A stretch of 64,000 nt of DNA from Methanobacteriota archaeon (GCA_016845365.1 JAERST010000003.1:8961-72960), one strand, 5' to 3'. Counted from the stretch's first letter, positions 40,323 through 49,156 are shown. Notes: a model not told the origin generated them from the letters alone. A program made the numbers and translations.

Positions 40323-40808
40323 ATGCCGACCGAAGTGAAGATGACAACGAGTGCAGGCGAGATTACGATTGCATTGTACACGGAGGACTGTCCCGAGACC
40401 ACGGGGAATTTCCTCAAATTGGTGGATGATGGATTCTACAACGGACTACACTTCCACCGCGTTATCAAGGATTTCATGATCCAGGGCGGCTGCCCGCGAA
40501 GCAGAGATCCGAAGAGCAGGGCAGCCGGCACTGGCGGGCCGGGATGGAAGATTCGCTGTGAACCTTCAGCCCTCGCTAAGAAGCACGACCGGCCCGGCCT
40601 ATTTTCGATGGCAAATGCCGGCCCAAATACCGGTGGTTCGCAATTCTTCCTGACGACGGTTCCAACTCCATGGCTAGATGGCAATCATGCCGTCTTCGGA
40701 GAGGTAACCGAGGGCATGGAACACGTCTATCGCATCGAGAATTGCGATACGATGGCGGGCGACCGGCCTTACGATCCTCAGCAGATTATTAAGATCGAGC
40801 GCATTTGA
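40323..40808 (+). CDS. Cyclophilin-type peptidyl-prolyl isomerase
   Basis: FHRVIKDFMIQGG, SMANAGPNTGGSQFF, WLDGNHAVFG. Confidence 0.96.
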   Translation: MPTEVKMTTSAGEITIALYTEDCPETTGNFLKLVDDGFYNGLHFHRVIKDFMIQGGCPRSRDPKSRAAGTGGPGWKIRCEPSALAKKHDRPGLFSMANAGPNTGGSQFFLTTVPTPWLDGNHAVFGEVTEGMEHVYRIENCDTMAGDRPYDPQQIIKIERI

Positions 40809-40864
40809 GCGGTAACCGCAGCCCTCGAAAAAGTCGCTTTCCGGATAAACGCAGTGCTGCGACG

Positions 40865-40885
40865 GGAAAGCGAATCTTTATTATT
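40865..40885 (+). promoter_or_regulatory. BRE/TATA promoter of the RHH-fumC gene
   Basis: GGAAAGCGAATC-TTTATTAT about 24 nt upstream of ATG 40908. Confidence 0.6.
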
Positions 40886-40907
40886 AACCAATTAACGCAC
40901 TCGAAAC

Positions 40908-42509
40908 ATGGCGAAACACCGCGCGGGCGACCGTCGCATCATCAGTATAAGCATCCCAGAGGACCTTGCCAAGAAGCTCGATAGGCGAGTCGGCAAGGGC
41001 CGAAACAAGGGAAGGTCAGCAACGATCGCAAAAATGATCCAAAATAGCTTGGAAGTCGAGCAAACAGCACCGATTAGCGAGCGCGCGAGCGAGCCCAGAG
41101 CGGCTTCGGGTGCTGCAGGTGAGATTCGAGTCGAGAAGGACACGATGGGCGAGCTAGAAGTTCCAGCAGACCGCTATTTCGGAGCCCAAACCGCTCGCTC
41201 ACTAATCAATTTCGATATCGGAACCGACACCATGGACCCCTCGGTCATCCGCGCCTTCGGAATCCTCAAGCAGGCGGCGGCAGAGACCAATGTCGAACTG
41301 GCACAACTCGATCCACAGATTGGCGCCCTCATCTCAGCCGCCTGCGACGAGGTCATCTCAGGAGCGATGGACGAACACTTCCCGCTCCGAGTCTGGCAAA
41401 CTGGCTCGGGCACTCAAACCAACATGAATTCAAACGAGGTAATCGCCAACCGAGCCATCGAGATGGCCGGCGGCGAATTAGGAAGCAAATCCCCAGTCCA
41501 CCCCAATGACCACGTCAACCGCGGTCAATCCAGCAATGACACATTCCCGACCGCAATGCACATCGCCGCCGCAGAAGAAATCCACCATCGACTTCTGCCA
41601 GCGGTCCGCCACTTGCACAATGCGCTGGCAGCCAAAGCCGCCGAATTCGAGAACATCGTCAAAATCGGCCGCACCCATCTAATGGACGCCGTCCCGCTAA
41701 CCCTCGGCCAGGAATTCGGCGGCTACGCCTCGATGCTCTCAGCAGACATCCGCCGCATCGAGGCAGCCTGGGACGACCTCCTCGAACTCGCGCTCGGAGG
41801 AACAGCGGTCGGCACCGGACTAAACACTCACATCGAGTTCGCAGACAAGGTGGCCGACCGAATCGCAGAGAAGACCGGCCTACCCTTCGTCTCAGCCGAA
41901 AACAAATTCGCACAACTCGCAGCACACGATGCAATAGTAGCCGCATCAGGCTCACTAAACACGCTTGCTGCGAGCCTGATGAAGATCGCCAATGACATCC
42001 GCTGGATGGGATCTGGACCCCGCTGTGGATTCGGAGAACTGGCCCTTCCGGCCAACGAACCAGGGTCGAGTATCATGCCAGGAAAGGTCAACCCAACCCA
42101 AGCCGAAGCGATGACGATGGTCTGTTGTCAGGTAATCGGCAACCACACCGCAATCAGCGTCGGGGGCAGCCAAGGCAACTTCGAACTCAACGTCTACAAG
42201 CCGATGATGATCCACAATTTGCTCCACAGCACACGCCTTCTCGCCGACACCTGCAGGGCCTTCACCGACAGATGCGTGGTCGGGCTCGAGGCCAACGAGG
42301 GTGCGATTGCATCGCACCTCGAGAATAGTCTGATGTTGGTTACAGCGCTGAACAATCACATCGGATACGACAGCGCCGCCAAGATTGCAAAGCACGCGCA
42401 TGCAAATGGAAGCACCTTGCGCGAGGCAGCTGTCGATTTGGGCCTAGTCACGAATGACCAATTCGATCAATGGGTTAGGCCCAAGGAAATGATCGGACCG
42501 AAGCAGTGA
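40908..42509 (+). CDS. fumC: Class II fumarate hydratase with N-terminal ribbon-helix-helix domain
   Basis: [42 protein letters not shown]-terminal [15 protein letters not shown]...RSATIAKMI. Confidence 0.95.
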   Translation: MAKHRAGDRRIISISIPEDLAKKLDRRVGKGRNKGRSATIAKMIQNSLEVEQTAPISERASEPRAASGAAGEIRVEKDTMGELEVPADRYFGAQTARSLINFDIGTDTMDPSVIRAFGILKQAAAETNVELAQLDPQIGALISAACDEVISGAMDEHFPLRVWQTGSGTQTNMNSNEVIANRAIEMAGGELGSKSPVHPNDHVNRGQSSNDTFPTAMHIAAAEEIHHRLLPAVRHLHNALAAKAAEFENIVKIGRTHLMDAVPLTLGQEFGGYASMLSADIRRIEAAWDDLLELALGGTAVGTGLNTHIEFADKVADRIAEKTGLPFVSAENKFAQLAAHDAIVAASGSLNTLAASLMKIANDIRWMGSGPRCGFGELALPANEPGSSIMPGKVNPTQAEAMTMVCCQVIGNHTAISVGGSQGNFELNVYKPMMIHNLLHSTRLLADTCRAFTDRCVVGLEANEGAIASHLENSLMLVTALNNHIGYDSAAKIAKHAHANGSTLREAAVDLGLVTNDQFDQWVRPKEMIGPKQ

Positions 42510-42577
42510 GTGCGGTAGTGAGTGCGGCATTGGTCCGCAAAGCCCGCGTCCGCGCTAGCCGTCAGAAACCGAAGGCA

Positions 42578-42596
42578 GCGGAGCGAGATGCTCCGC
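42578..42596. terminator. Hairpin between fumC and the convergent putative ncRNA
   Basis: GCGGAGC-GAGAT-GCTCCGC followed by an A/T-rich tract. Confidence 0.4.
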
Positions 42597-42604
42597 AATG
42601 ATTG

Positions 42605-43300
42605 ATAACAAGAAGTAAGGGGGCCGCGACCGTACTGAATGGTACAAGGTGGGAGCAGCAGGGGGTTCTGCACATGGGGGAGCATCCCCCCCTGCTGACT
42701 CCGCAGGGTCCGGTTCTTTTTTCCCGCCCGAAGGCGGTTCTTTTTCCCCGGGTAGATGACTTGAGTACTCCGAAGAGCCCTTTCGTCGTTTCCCGCTTCT
42801 TCGGAGATCTCTCTCCGTTTCTGCGTTTCCAATTCCCGCCCCGGCTCTCACCGGTTTGTTTCTTGGAATGAGTGCCGGTCCTCCACGCGTCTCCGCGCTC
42901 TTGTTCCCGCCACGTTTCTCTCAGGTTTCGCGTTCCCTTCCTTGCGTCCGGTTCTCGTCCACCTTTGTTCCCCGTGGATTCGTCTCAAGCCTTCCCCATC
43001 TCTGGTTCTCTTGCCCTTCACGAATGCACTCGCGGTCTGGTTGGCTGGCACGGTCATGTTTTCCCTGCCGAAGCAGTACGGTTGTGTTTTCCCCAGCTTC
43101 CCCCGTGGCTTCATTCCCCCTTCTTTCGTCCGGTTCTTTCCACCTCGGTTCGACCGCATCTCCCCTGACCCAAGTGCCAGGTTCGATCATCCCCGGATTC
43201 CTTGCGGTTTCCGGTTCTACCACCCCGAGTTCGGGGTTCGGTTCTGTGGCCCGCGGTTTGCGCCGGAGCGCGCCCCACACCACTCCCCCGGAGCGGCATC
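42605..43300 (-). ncRNA. Putative long structured non-coding RNA of unknown family
   Basis: No credible ORF; strong purine skew; upstream BRE/TATA; three C(UUCG)G hairpins; repeated AGAACC; terminal long hairpin and U-rich tract. Confidence 0.55.
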
Positions 43301-43322
43301 TTAGGTCTGTGCGGCGGAGGCG

Positions 43323-43336
43323 CATAAATCTTTCGG
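43323..43336 (-). promoter_or_regulatory. Archaeal BRE-TATA promoter pointing into the non-coding element
   Basis: Minus strand reads CCGAAAG-ATTTATG; predicted start site near 43300. Confidence 0.6.
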
Positions 43337-43407
43337 CGAATGAGGTACTGTGGACCGGAAATAGGGGTCTAAGGATGTTAATTTCCGGTGCGACGCGAGA
43401 TGCGAAA

Positions 43408-44463
43408 TCACCTATTTCTTAACATCCTTAGACGTGCTCTCAACTCCGAATTCCGGAAGTTTTCAGGAGATGACTCTTCTTCGTCTGATAATCTACGGGT
43501 GACGACCTCTGATTCGACGATGAACACTTTTCCGAGGTCGTCACCGAGCGCCAGGACTTCATTCATCGAGTGCATCTGGCGCAGGCGGGAATCGTGGGCG
43601 ATATTTGTTACCGATTCGGTGAGAATTGTGAGGCTGGATTTTGTGCCAGTCCAGGAGGATGCCCAGGCATCCGAACCTAAGCTTGCAACGGCATCGATAG
43701 CGCCTTCGACCTGGTGCGAAGCGGCCAGACTGCCAATCGTCCCATCATCATGGCCGGAGATCCAACCGATGGGTCCTGCTGTGATTGCGGTCACCAAGGA
43801 GTCACAGAGATTGTCCGTCGTCTCGGTCGAACCGGTGGTGCTGATGGTCCCGTCGGCATGACCGAGGAGGAATCGGTCCTCTGAGCCACAGACTCCGCAA
43901 GTTACTGGGCTCGCGCTGCCCAATTCGAAATGTTCTGCTTGTTCGCCCTGCCGAATTCGCAAATATCCGCAGCGAGGCCGGCCGAGTCCGAGCAGAATTC
44001 CGCCGTCCTCGTGCAGGCCGAGATGCCATGGGCGCTCGGCCATCACCCAGCGTTCCTGTTCTTTTCCACCTTCATCGAATCGCCATATGGTTGATTCGAC
44101 AAAATCGGCGACCTCTAATTCGTACACCGAAGAGGTCGCCCAAACAACTCCATTCCAAGCCTGAACGTAATCACTTGCTCCCTCCAGCTCGCGGCTCCAG
44201 AGCAATTCTCCGCTCGCCGCGTCGACCGCGTGCAGCGAAGCGGAGGCGGTCGCATAGACCCGACCTCCATCGAGCGCTAAGTCAGAAATCGGCCCTTCGA
44301 CCTCCACTCGCCAGCGCTCGTCACCATCCACAGCACCCCAACAAAGCAGGAGACCCTCGTGCGAACCGGCAAGAAGCAAATCTCCAGACAGCCGAATGAC
44401 CGAACAAGCGCTACCAAGGTCTCGCACAAAGGACGCGAGGCTCTCCAAGGTGCGCTCAACCAT
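43408..44463 (-). CDS. PQQ/WD40-like beta-propeller protein
   Basis: LLAGSHEGLLLCW..DG.ERW, LHAVDAASGELLW, LGHADGT, SGHDDGT, LGDDLG repeats. Confidence 0.82.
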   Translation of the reverse strand: MVERTLESLASFVRDLGSACSVIRLSGDLLLAGSHEGLLLCWGAVDGDERWRVEVEGPISDLALDGGRVYATASASLHAVDAASGELLWSRELEGASDYVQAWNGVVWATSSVYELEVADFVESTIWRFDEGGKEQERWVMAERPWHLGLHEDGGILLGLGRPRCGYLRIRQGEQAEHFELGSASPVTCGVCGSEDRFLLGHADGTISTTGSTETTDNLCDSLVTAITAGPIGWISGHDDGTIGSLAASHQVEGAIDAVASLGSDAWASSWTGTKSSLTILTESVTNIAHDSRLRQMHSMNEVLALGDDLGKVFIVESEVVTRRLSDEEESSPENFRNSELRARLRMLRNR

Positions 44464-44502
44464 GGCCTCGCTCCCGCACTCGCCGCTATCGACGTTCCGC
44501 GT

Positions 44503-46005
44503 TCAAGCACTTACGCCGTAGAGCCGTTCGACCTTGTCGCGAAGGTACGCGACGAAAGCATCTGGAGAAGGAGGCGAACCGGTGGCTTCCTCGACCAAAT
44601 CCGCCGGCTCGAGGATGCTCCCCCTCGCGTGCACGCGCGCGCGCATCCAATCCAGAAGAGGTCCAAATTCGCCCCGGCGCATCTGCTCATCATGCTCTGG
44701 CAAATCCTCTCGAGCAGCCGCCAGCAGCTGCGCCGAATACAGATTTCCAAGCGTATAAGTCGGGAAGTAACCGAAGGCGCCGAAGGACCAGTGAATGTCT
44801 TGGAGAACGCCCAAAGTGCGGTTCGGTGCCCTGATTCCGAGGAATTCTTCGTACATATCATCCCAAACATCGGGCAGGTCATCGACCTCAATATCGCCCG
44901 CGATCAAGCGCTTCTCAATCTCGTATCGAATCATGATGTGAAGGTTGTAAGTCGCCTCGTCAGACTCGGTTCGAATGAGGCTCGGCTCGACCAAATTCAC
45001 CGCTCGCCAGAGGTCATCCGCGCTGACTTCCGCCATCTGCTCCGGGAAGTTCTCCTGCCACAAAGGCAAGGCCCACTCGCAAAACTCTCGGCTGCGTCCG
45101 ACCTGGTTCTCCCAAAGCCGACTCTGGCTCTCGTGGACGCCGAGTCCGGCTGCCTTTCCTGCGGGTTGGAAGTCGAGGTTTCGGGGCCGGCCCTGCTCGT
45201 AGGTGCCGTGCCCCGTCTCGTGCATTGAGCCGAATAGCGAGCCGAATGGATCGTCCACTGAGTATCGGGTCGTCCAGCGAACATCGTCTGGGTTGGGGCC
45301 TCCGCAGAATGGGTGGGTGGATGCGTCGCGGCGGCCTGCGTCGAAGTCGAAGCCGATGGCTTCGGAGACGGTTTGGCTGAGTTTTTCTTGGCCCGACTGT
45401 GGCCAATTATTGTCGGTCACGAAGGCCAAGTTCGGGCGCTTTCCTGATTCGACGACCGCTTTGATTAGCGGGGCGACATTGTCGCGCAGCCCCACGAAAA
45501 GCGGGTCGAGTCGGGCGACGCTCAGACCGGATTCGTAGAGGTCGAGCAGAGCGTCGTAACGCAATTCATCATAGCCGAGATAGTCCGCCTTTTGGCGGCA
45601 CATCTCGATCATCTTCGCGAGGTCATCGCGGAAGATGGAGAAATCATCCTTGGCTCGCGCTTCAGTCCAGGAGATTTGGCACTTGGACTGAAGCTTAGCC
45701 ATCTCGCCGACGAACTCCGTCGGGAGTTTCGTCGCCTTGTCATAACTATCGCGCGCGAGGCGGACGTTTGCCGCTTCTACCTCGTCGAGGTCCTCGCGCG
45801 CTTCCAACTCGGCTAGCAACTCGCCGATTCTCGGGTCGGTCATCTTCTCATGACCGGTTTTGGAAATCCACGAGAGTTGCTCGCCGCGCAGAGCGGCGGC
45901 TTTTGGCGGCATCATGACTTCTTGGTCCCAACTGACCAAGCCGCCGATCTGGCTTATCAGATCCATATCTTTCATTCGAGCGAGGAGTTCCTCGTAGGCA
46001 TCCAT
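44503..46005 (-). CDS. Carboxypeptidase, family M32
   Basis: SWDQEVMMP, HPFC, HETGH zinc motif, HESQS, LQDIHWS.G.FGYFPTYTLG. Confidence 0.96.
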   Translation of the reverse strand: MDAYEELLARMKDMDLISQIGGLVSWDQEVMMPPKAAALRGEQLSWISKTGHEKMTDPRIGELLAELEAREDLDEVEAANVRLARDSYDKATKLPTEFVGEMAKLQSKCQISWTEARAKDDFSIFRDDLAKMIEMCRQKADYLGYDELRYDALLDLYESGLSVARLDPLFVGLRDNVAPLIKAVVESGKRPNLAFVTDNNWPQSGQEKLSQTVSEAIGFDFDAGRRDASTHPFCGGPNPDDVRWTTRYSVDDPFGSLFGSMHETGHGTYEQGRPRNLDFQPAGKAAGLGVHESQSRLWENQVGRSREFCEWALPLWQENFPEQMAEVSADDLWRAVNLVEPSLIRTESDEATYNLHIMIRYEIEKRLIAGDIEVDDLPDVWDDMYEEFLGIRAPNRTLGVLQDIHWSFGAFGYFPTYTLGNLYSAQLLAAAREDLPEHDEQMRRGEFGPLLDWMRARVHARGSILEPADLVEEATGSPPSPDAFVAYLRDKVERLYGVSA

Positions 46006-46067
46006 GGCACTCCTATTACATCGACTTTGAAGAACCTCATGTAACACACTCCTCGGTTCTATTTTTC

Positions 46068-47354
46068 TCACATCAGTATGATTGAGTGCCAGGTAACGAA
46101 AATCAATCCAATTATTGAGAGAACCAGATGACCTTTTCTAAATGAGAGCCATGGTATATATTTCTTCGAAAGTTTAGGGTACAATCCTGAATATCCAGCG
46201 ACAGAAATCAACAATATCCCTATGATTCCCAACCATATTTCAAAAGATATTGGAGGCATCGTATCAGATACACCAAACCCGATTATGTGTATAGCCGTGA
46301 AAGCCATTATCCCTCCGAGTAAGGAAAAATGTAACCACCACCAGTAGGATGCTCTTTCTGCAGGCATTTCAGCATCCCAAGTGGTTCCTGTCGTTCTAGC
46401 TTCCTTGTATCGCTCTTTGTAGAGTCTATCGAGTGCACGTTTTGAAAAACCTTGAACCATAATTAATCCTAGAGCACCTAATCCAAGCCAGCCGTACAAT
46501 ATAGCAACTTTACCTGAGATTGGAGGTTCGGGCAAGGATGCTTGTTTTGGTTCAGGAATTACTGCCAAAGCAGCCTCAACGATTGTTCCTGATTCAGTCT
46601 CGGCAGTAAAGGAGATATGAGTGCCATTTGAGGCAGGTGCGGGTCCAATATATTCTACAACAACACTCCAGCCCGCTTGAAGAGAGCCGTCGAATTGAAC
46701 CTCAGTCAAGCTTCCATTCGCGTCGAAAACATCTGTGAATCTGACAGCTCCCCTTTGAGTGGTTGAATTAATTTTTGTAAGATTCGCAGATCCAATATTG
46801 ATTAATTTTGTACTAGATTCATTACCTTCGCCAAGTACAATCAAAGAAGGACTCGCAGTAAATACTCTGAAATGTACTTGGATATTCAACTCCAAAGGGA
46901 TTGATTCAGTTTGACGGTCAGGTCTCTTGGACGATGAGTGGTCATAAAATGCCACAGCATTGAGAGTAACACTAACACTCAATTGATCCACTCCAGCTGA
47001 AGGAGTAACATTGACCCAGCCAGACGTCGACGAACCTGCTGCTAATTCTCCCTCCCAAGGGGTGAATGCTGGAGAATCAGTCGACCCCCCAATAACATCG
47101 ATAATCATCTCTGGTTCAATCCAAACATTCCGCCAAGGAGCTGAAGCAGTCCATCGAATGGCATTATCCACTCCTGCATTCATTGGTTGAGATGCGTAAA
47201 GTGAAAGTCCAATTTCACGATAGGAGGAATGGCAACTATTGCATGATCTCGATTGAGCACTTGCATCCTCAAAAAGTGGTGGATCAACATTGCCTCCAAG
47301 CAGAAGAATTACGAGAAAAGAAAGGGCCAAAGACCGATGGAGTTGTTTAATCAA
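46068..47354 (-). CDS. Membrane protein with N-terminal CXXCH motif, beta-rich extracellular domains and C-terminal four-His cytochrome b-like TM module
   Basis: Signal peptide, SCNSCH; TM helices with WWWLH, AIH, RKGH, TWH; TTG start after GAGGTGA (alternative start 47393). Confidence 0.72.
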   Translation of the reverse strand: MIKQLHRSLALSFLVILLLGGNVDPPLFEDASAQSRSCNSCHSSYREIGLSLYASQPMNAGVDNAIRWTASAPWRNVWIEPEMIIDVIGGSTDSPAFTPWEGELAAGSSTSGWVNVTPSAGVDQLSVSVTLNAVAFYDHSSSKRPDRQTESIPLELNIQVHFRVFTASPSLIVLGEGNESSTKLINIGSANLTKINSTTQRGAVRFTDVFDANGSLTEVQFDGSLQAGWSVVVEYIGPAPASNGTHISFTAETESGTIVEAALAVIPEPKQASLPEPPISGKVAILYGWLGLGALGLIMVQGFSKRALDRLYKERYKEARTTGTTWDAEMPAERASYWWWLHFSLLGGIMAFTAIHIIGFGVSDTMPPISFEIWLGIIGILLISVAGYSGLYPKLSKKYIPWLSFRKGHLVLSIIGLIFVTWHSIILM

Positions 47355-47389
47355 AAAATCACCTCTCTTCGATGTTAAATGACGAGGAT

Positions 47390-48145
47390 TCAATCTTCAT
47401 CGTCCTCGTCTTCATCTTCCTCATCCAGGTCATCTTCATCTTCTTCTGTAGACGAATCATCAGAGTCAGAGTCCTGCTCATCAGTTTCATCTTCATCTAT
47501 CACTTCAGACGTATTATCGTCCGAGGAATCACTCGTATTTTCATCATCAATTTCGCCCTCGGATGTTGAATCCGATGAATCATTTTCAGAGGTTTCTGCA
47601 TCATCCTCAACTGAGCCACTTCCGTCTTGAGGATTCATTGAATCGTCTGCTCCTGAATCCTCATGAGATTCATCATCTACTTCGCCATCGGAGTCAGAGG
47701 CCCCCTCACTGTTTTCTTCATCTTCGAAGTCATCCACTTCGTCTTCCCCTTCTTCATTGTCAATGTGACCTCCATCTTCGTCGACTTCGTCCTCATCCTC
47801 GTCCCGGTCGTCCCAATCATCGTCTTCATCGTCCTCCTCATCCCAATCGTCGTAGTCGTCGTCATCATCCCAATTATCATCATCATGCTCGGTCATTACG
47901 TTGTCGAAGATCTGTTGATCACTCGTAGATGACACGGCTGAACTTGAGCTAGCAGTTGTTGTTGAATCAATTGCAGAAGGTGAATCAGTTGTCAATGAAC
48001 CTTGGTTCTGACCTAGTGAAGATGAGTCTGTGTTGATTCCATCTTCGGTTACCAATCCATCTGATGGGATGAACACAGCGGTTAACCCACCGAGTACTAG
48101 TAAGCCAATTGTCAAAACAGCTGTCGCGAATTGTTGTCGTTTCAT
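47390..48145 (-). CDS. Membrane-anchored hyper-acidic (Asp/Glu/Ser-rich) low-complexity protein
   Basis: MKRQQF plus hydrophobic helix, then a long D/E tract; abuts the downstream gene. Confidence 0.75.
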   Translation of the reverse strand: MKRQQFATAVLTIGLLVLGGLTAVFIPSDGLVTEDGINTDSSSLGQNQGSLTTDSPSAIDSTTTASSSSAVSSTSDQQIFDNVMTEHDDDNWDDDDDYDDWDEEDDEDDDWDDRDEDEDEVDEDGGHIDNEEGEDEVDDFEDEENSEGASDSDGEVDDESHEDSGADDSMNPQDGSGSVEDDAETSENDSSDSTSEGEIDDENTSDSSDDNTSEVIDEDETDEQDSDSDDSSTEEDEDDLDEEDEDEDDED

Positions 48146-48258
48146 CGTTATCGAACCTTGGCATAGAGCTAGGGTACATAGGACGGTTGGCACAATGGTC
48201 GACAATGTCGAAAATTGTGCCAAGAAGTATGAATAATGATGGAATTAACCGGAGAACA

Positions 48259-48564
48259 ATGTCTCTTGACTATGAAATACTTGAATTTGGATTGGCCGCA
48301 GCTGCTGGGCTCCTAGCTCTCATTCCATCTGGTTTGACCTTCGCTGCATGGAGGAGAACTCGAAGTCCACGGATATTTTTTGCAATGTTGGCATTTTTCT
48401 CCTTCACTATTCGAGGATTAATTCTGGGTATTCTCTTCATTAGAGGCTCTCCTGAAATATATCACGAAATTGCTGAATTTGGAGGAGATATTGTAATCAT
48501 CACTCTGTTTGTTATCGCCTTCATATCACCATCAAGTGGTAGTGTGCTAGAAGAAGAGGAATGA
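48259..48564 (+). CDS. Small 3-TM membrane protein
   Basis: TFAAWRRTRSPRIFFAMLAF pattern typical of small archaeal membrane proteins next to wHTH genes; GGAGA Shine-Dalgarno. Confidence 0.72.
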   Translation: MSLDYEILEFGLAAAAGLLALIPSGLTFAAWRRTRSPRIFFAMLAFFSFTIRGLILGILFIRGSPEIYHEIAEFGGDIVIITLFVIAFISPSSGSVLEEEE

Positions 48565-48585
48565 ATTACAGAAGAGTTGAGATTG

Positions 48586-49116
48586 ATGGGTAAGAAAGGT
48601 CGCCGATTGACTCGAAGAGTCAATGAGCGTAAGCGTATGCTCCTCGAAGTAATTGCTCGAAATCCAGGAATTCATCTTCGTGCCCTTGAAAGACAATCTG
48701 GAATTGCGTTAGGCGCTTTGAGGAATCTACTGGATTCACTCATCAATTCGGATTTAATCCTAGAATCTCAAATCGATGGCCGTAGAGTATTCTTCTCATC
48801 TCGAGGCATCGAACCTGATGATCAGCGAATCGTCGCACTACTCAGAAAGAGTCAACTTCGCCAAATTGTTGAATCTCTTCTACATCATGGTAGCCGGAGT
48901 AGGAAGGAGCTTCGTGAAGAACTCAACATCCCCAGAACCACACTTCGAGGCCATTTGGACCGCATGGCTGCAGCTGGATTATTGGAGCTAGGGAAACAAA
49001 TATCCCTAACCGACCCAATCCGGATACAACGAATATTACTTCTCACTCGGGAGAGTTTGATTGAGAGAATGGTTAACTCTGTGATTGAGATTTTTGATGA
49101 AAACCATTCGATGTGA
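48586..49116 (+). CDS. Double winged-helix transcriptional regulator (ArsR-like)
   Basis: IARNPGIHLRALER...LRNLLDSL and SRKELREELNIPRTTLRGHLDRM. Confidence 0.85.
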   Translation: MGKKGRRLTRRVNERKRMLLEVIARNPGIHLRALERQSGIALGALRNLLDSLINSDLILESQIDGRRVFFSSRGIEPDDQRIVALLRKSQLRQIVESLLHHGSRSRKELREELNIPRTTLRGHLDRMAAAGLLELGKQISLTDPIRIQRILLLTRESLIERMVNSVIEIFDENHSM

Positions 49117-49156
49117 ATCAATATTCGATAAGCAAGGACTGGCTATTCCAATTTCA

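Noticed and set aside
42700..43250. CRISPR array
   Set aside because: Repeats are short, degenerate and irregularly spaced, and no cas genes are in the window
42605..43300. RNase P RNA, SRP RNA or rRNA identity for the non-coding element
   Set aside because: GCCACAGAA and GAAGGGGG fragments occur, but there is no GAGGAAAGUCC-like CR-I, the conserved regions are out of order, and I saw no SRP helix-8 or rRNA signature
42467..43422. Short ORFs on both strands (e.g. 42856-43422 +, 42921-43325 -, 43111-43299 -)
   Set aside because: Composition simply mirrors the strand skew (Phe/Pro/Ser or Arg/Gly/Glu) with no domain pattern; the ATG at 43299 near the predicted start site is noted but unsupported
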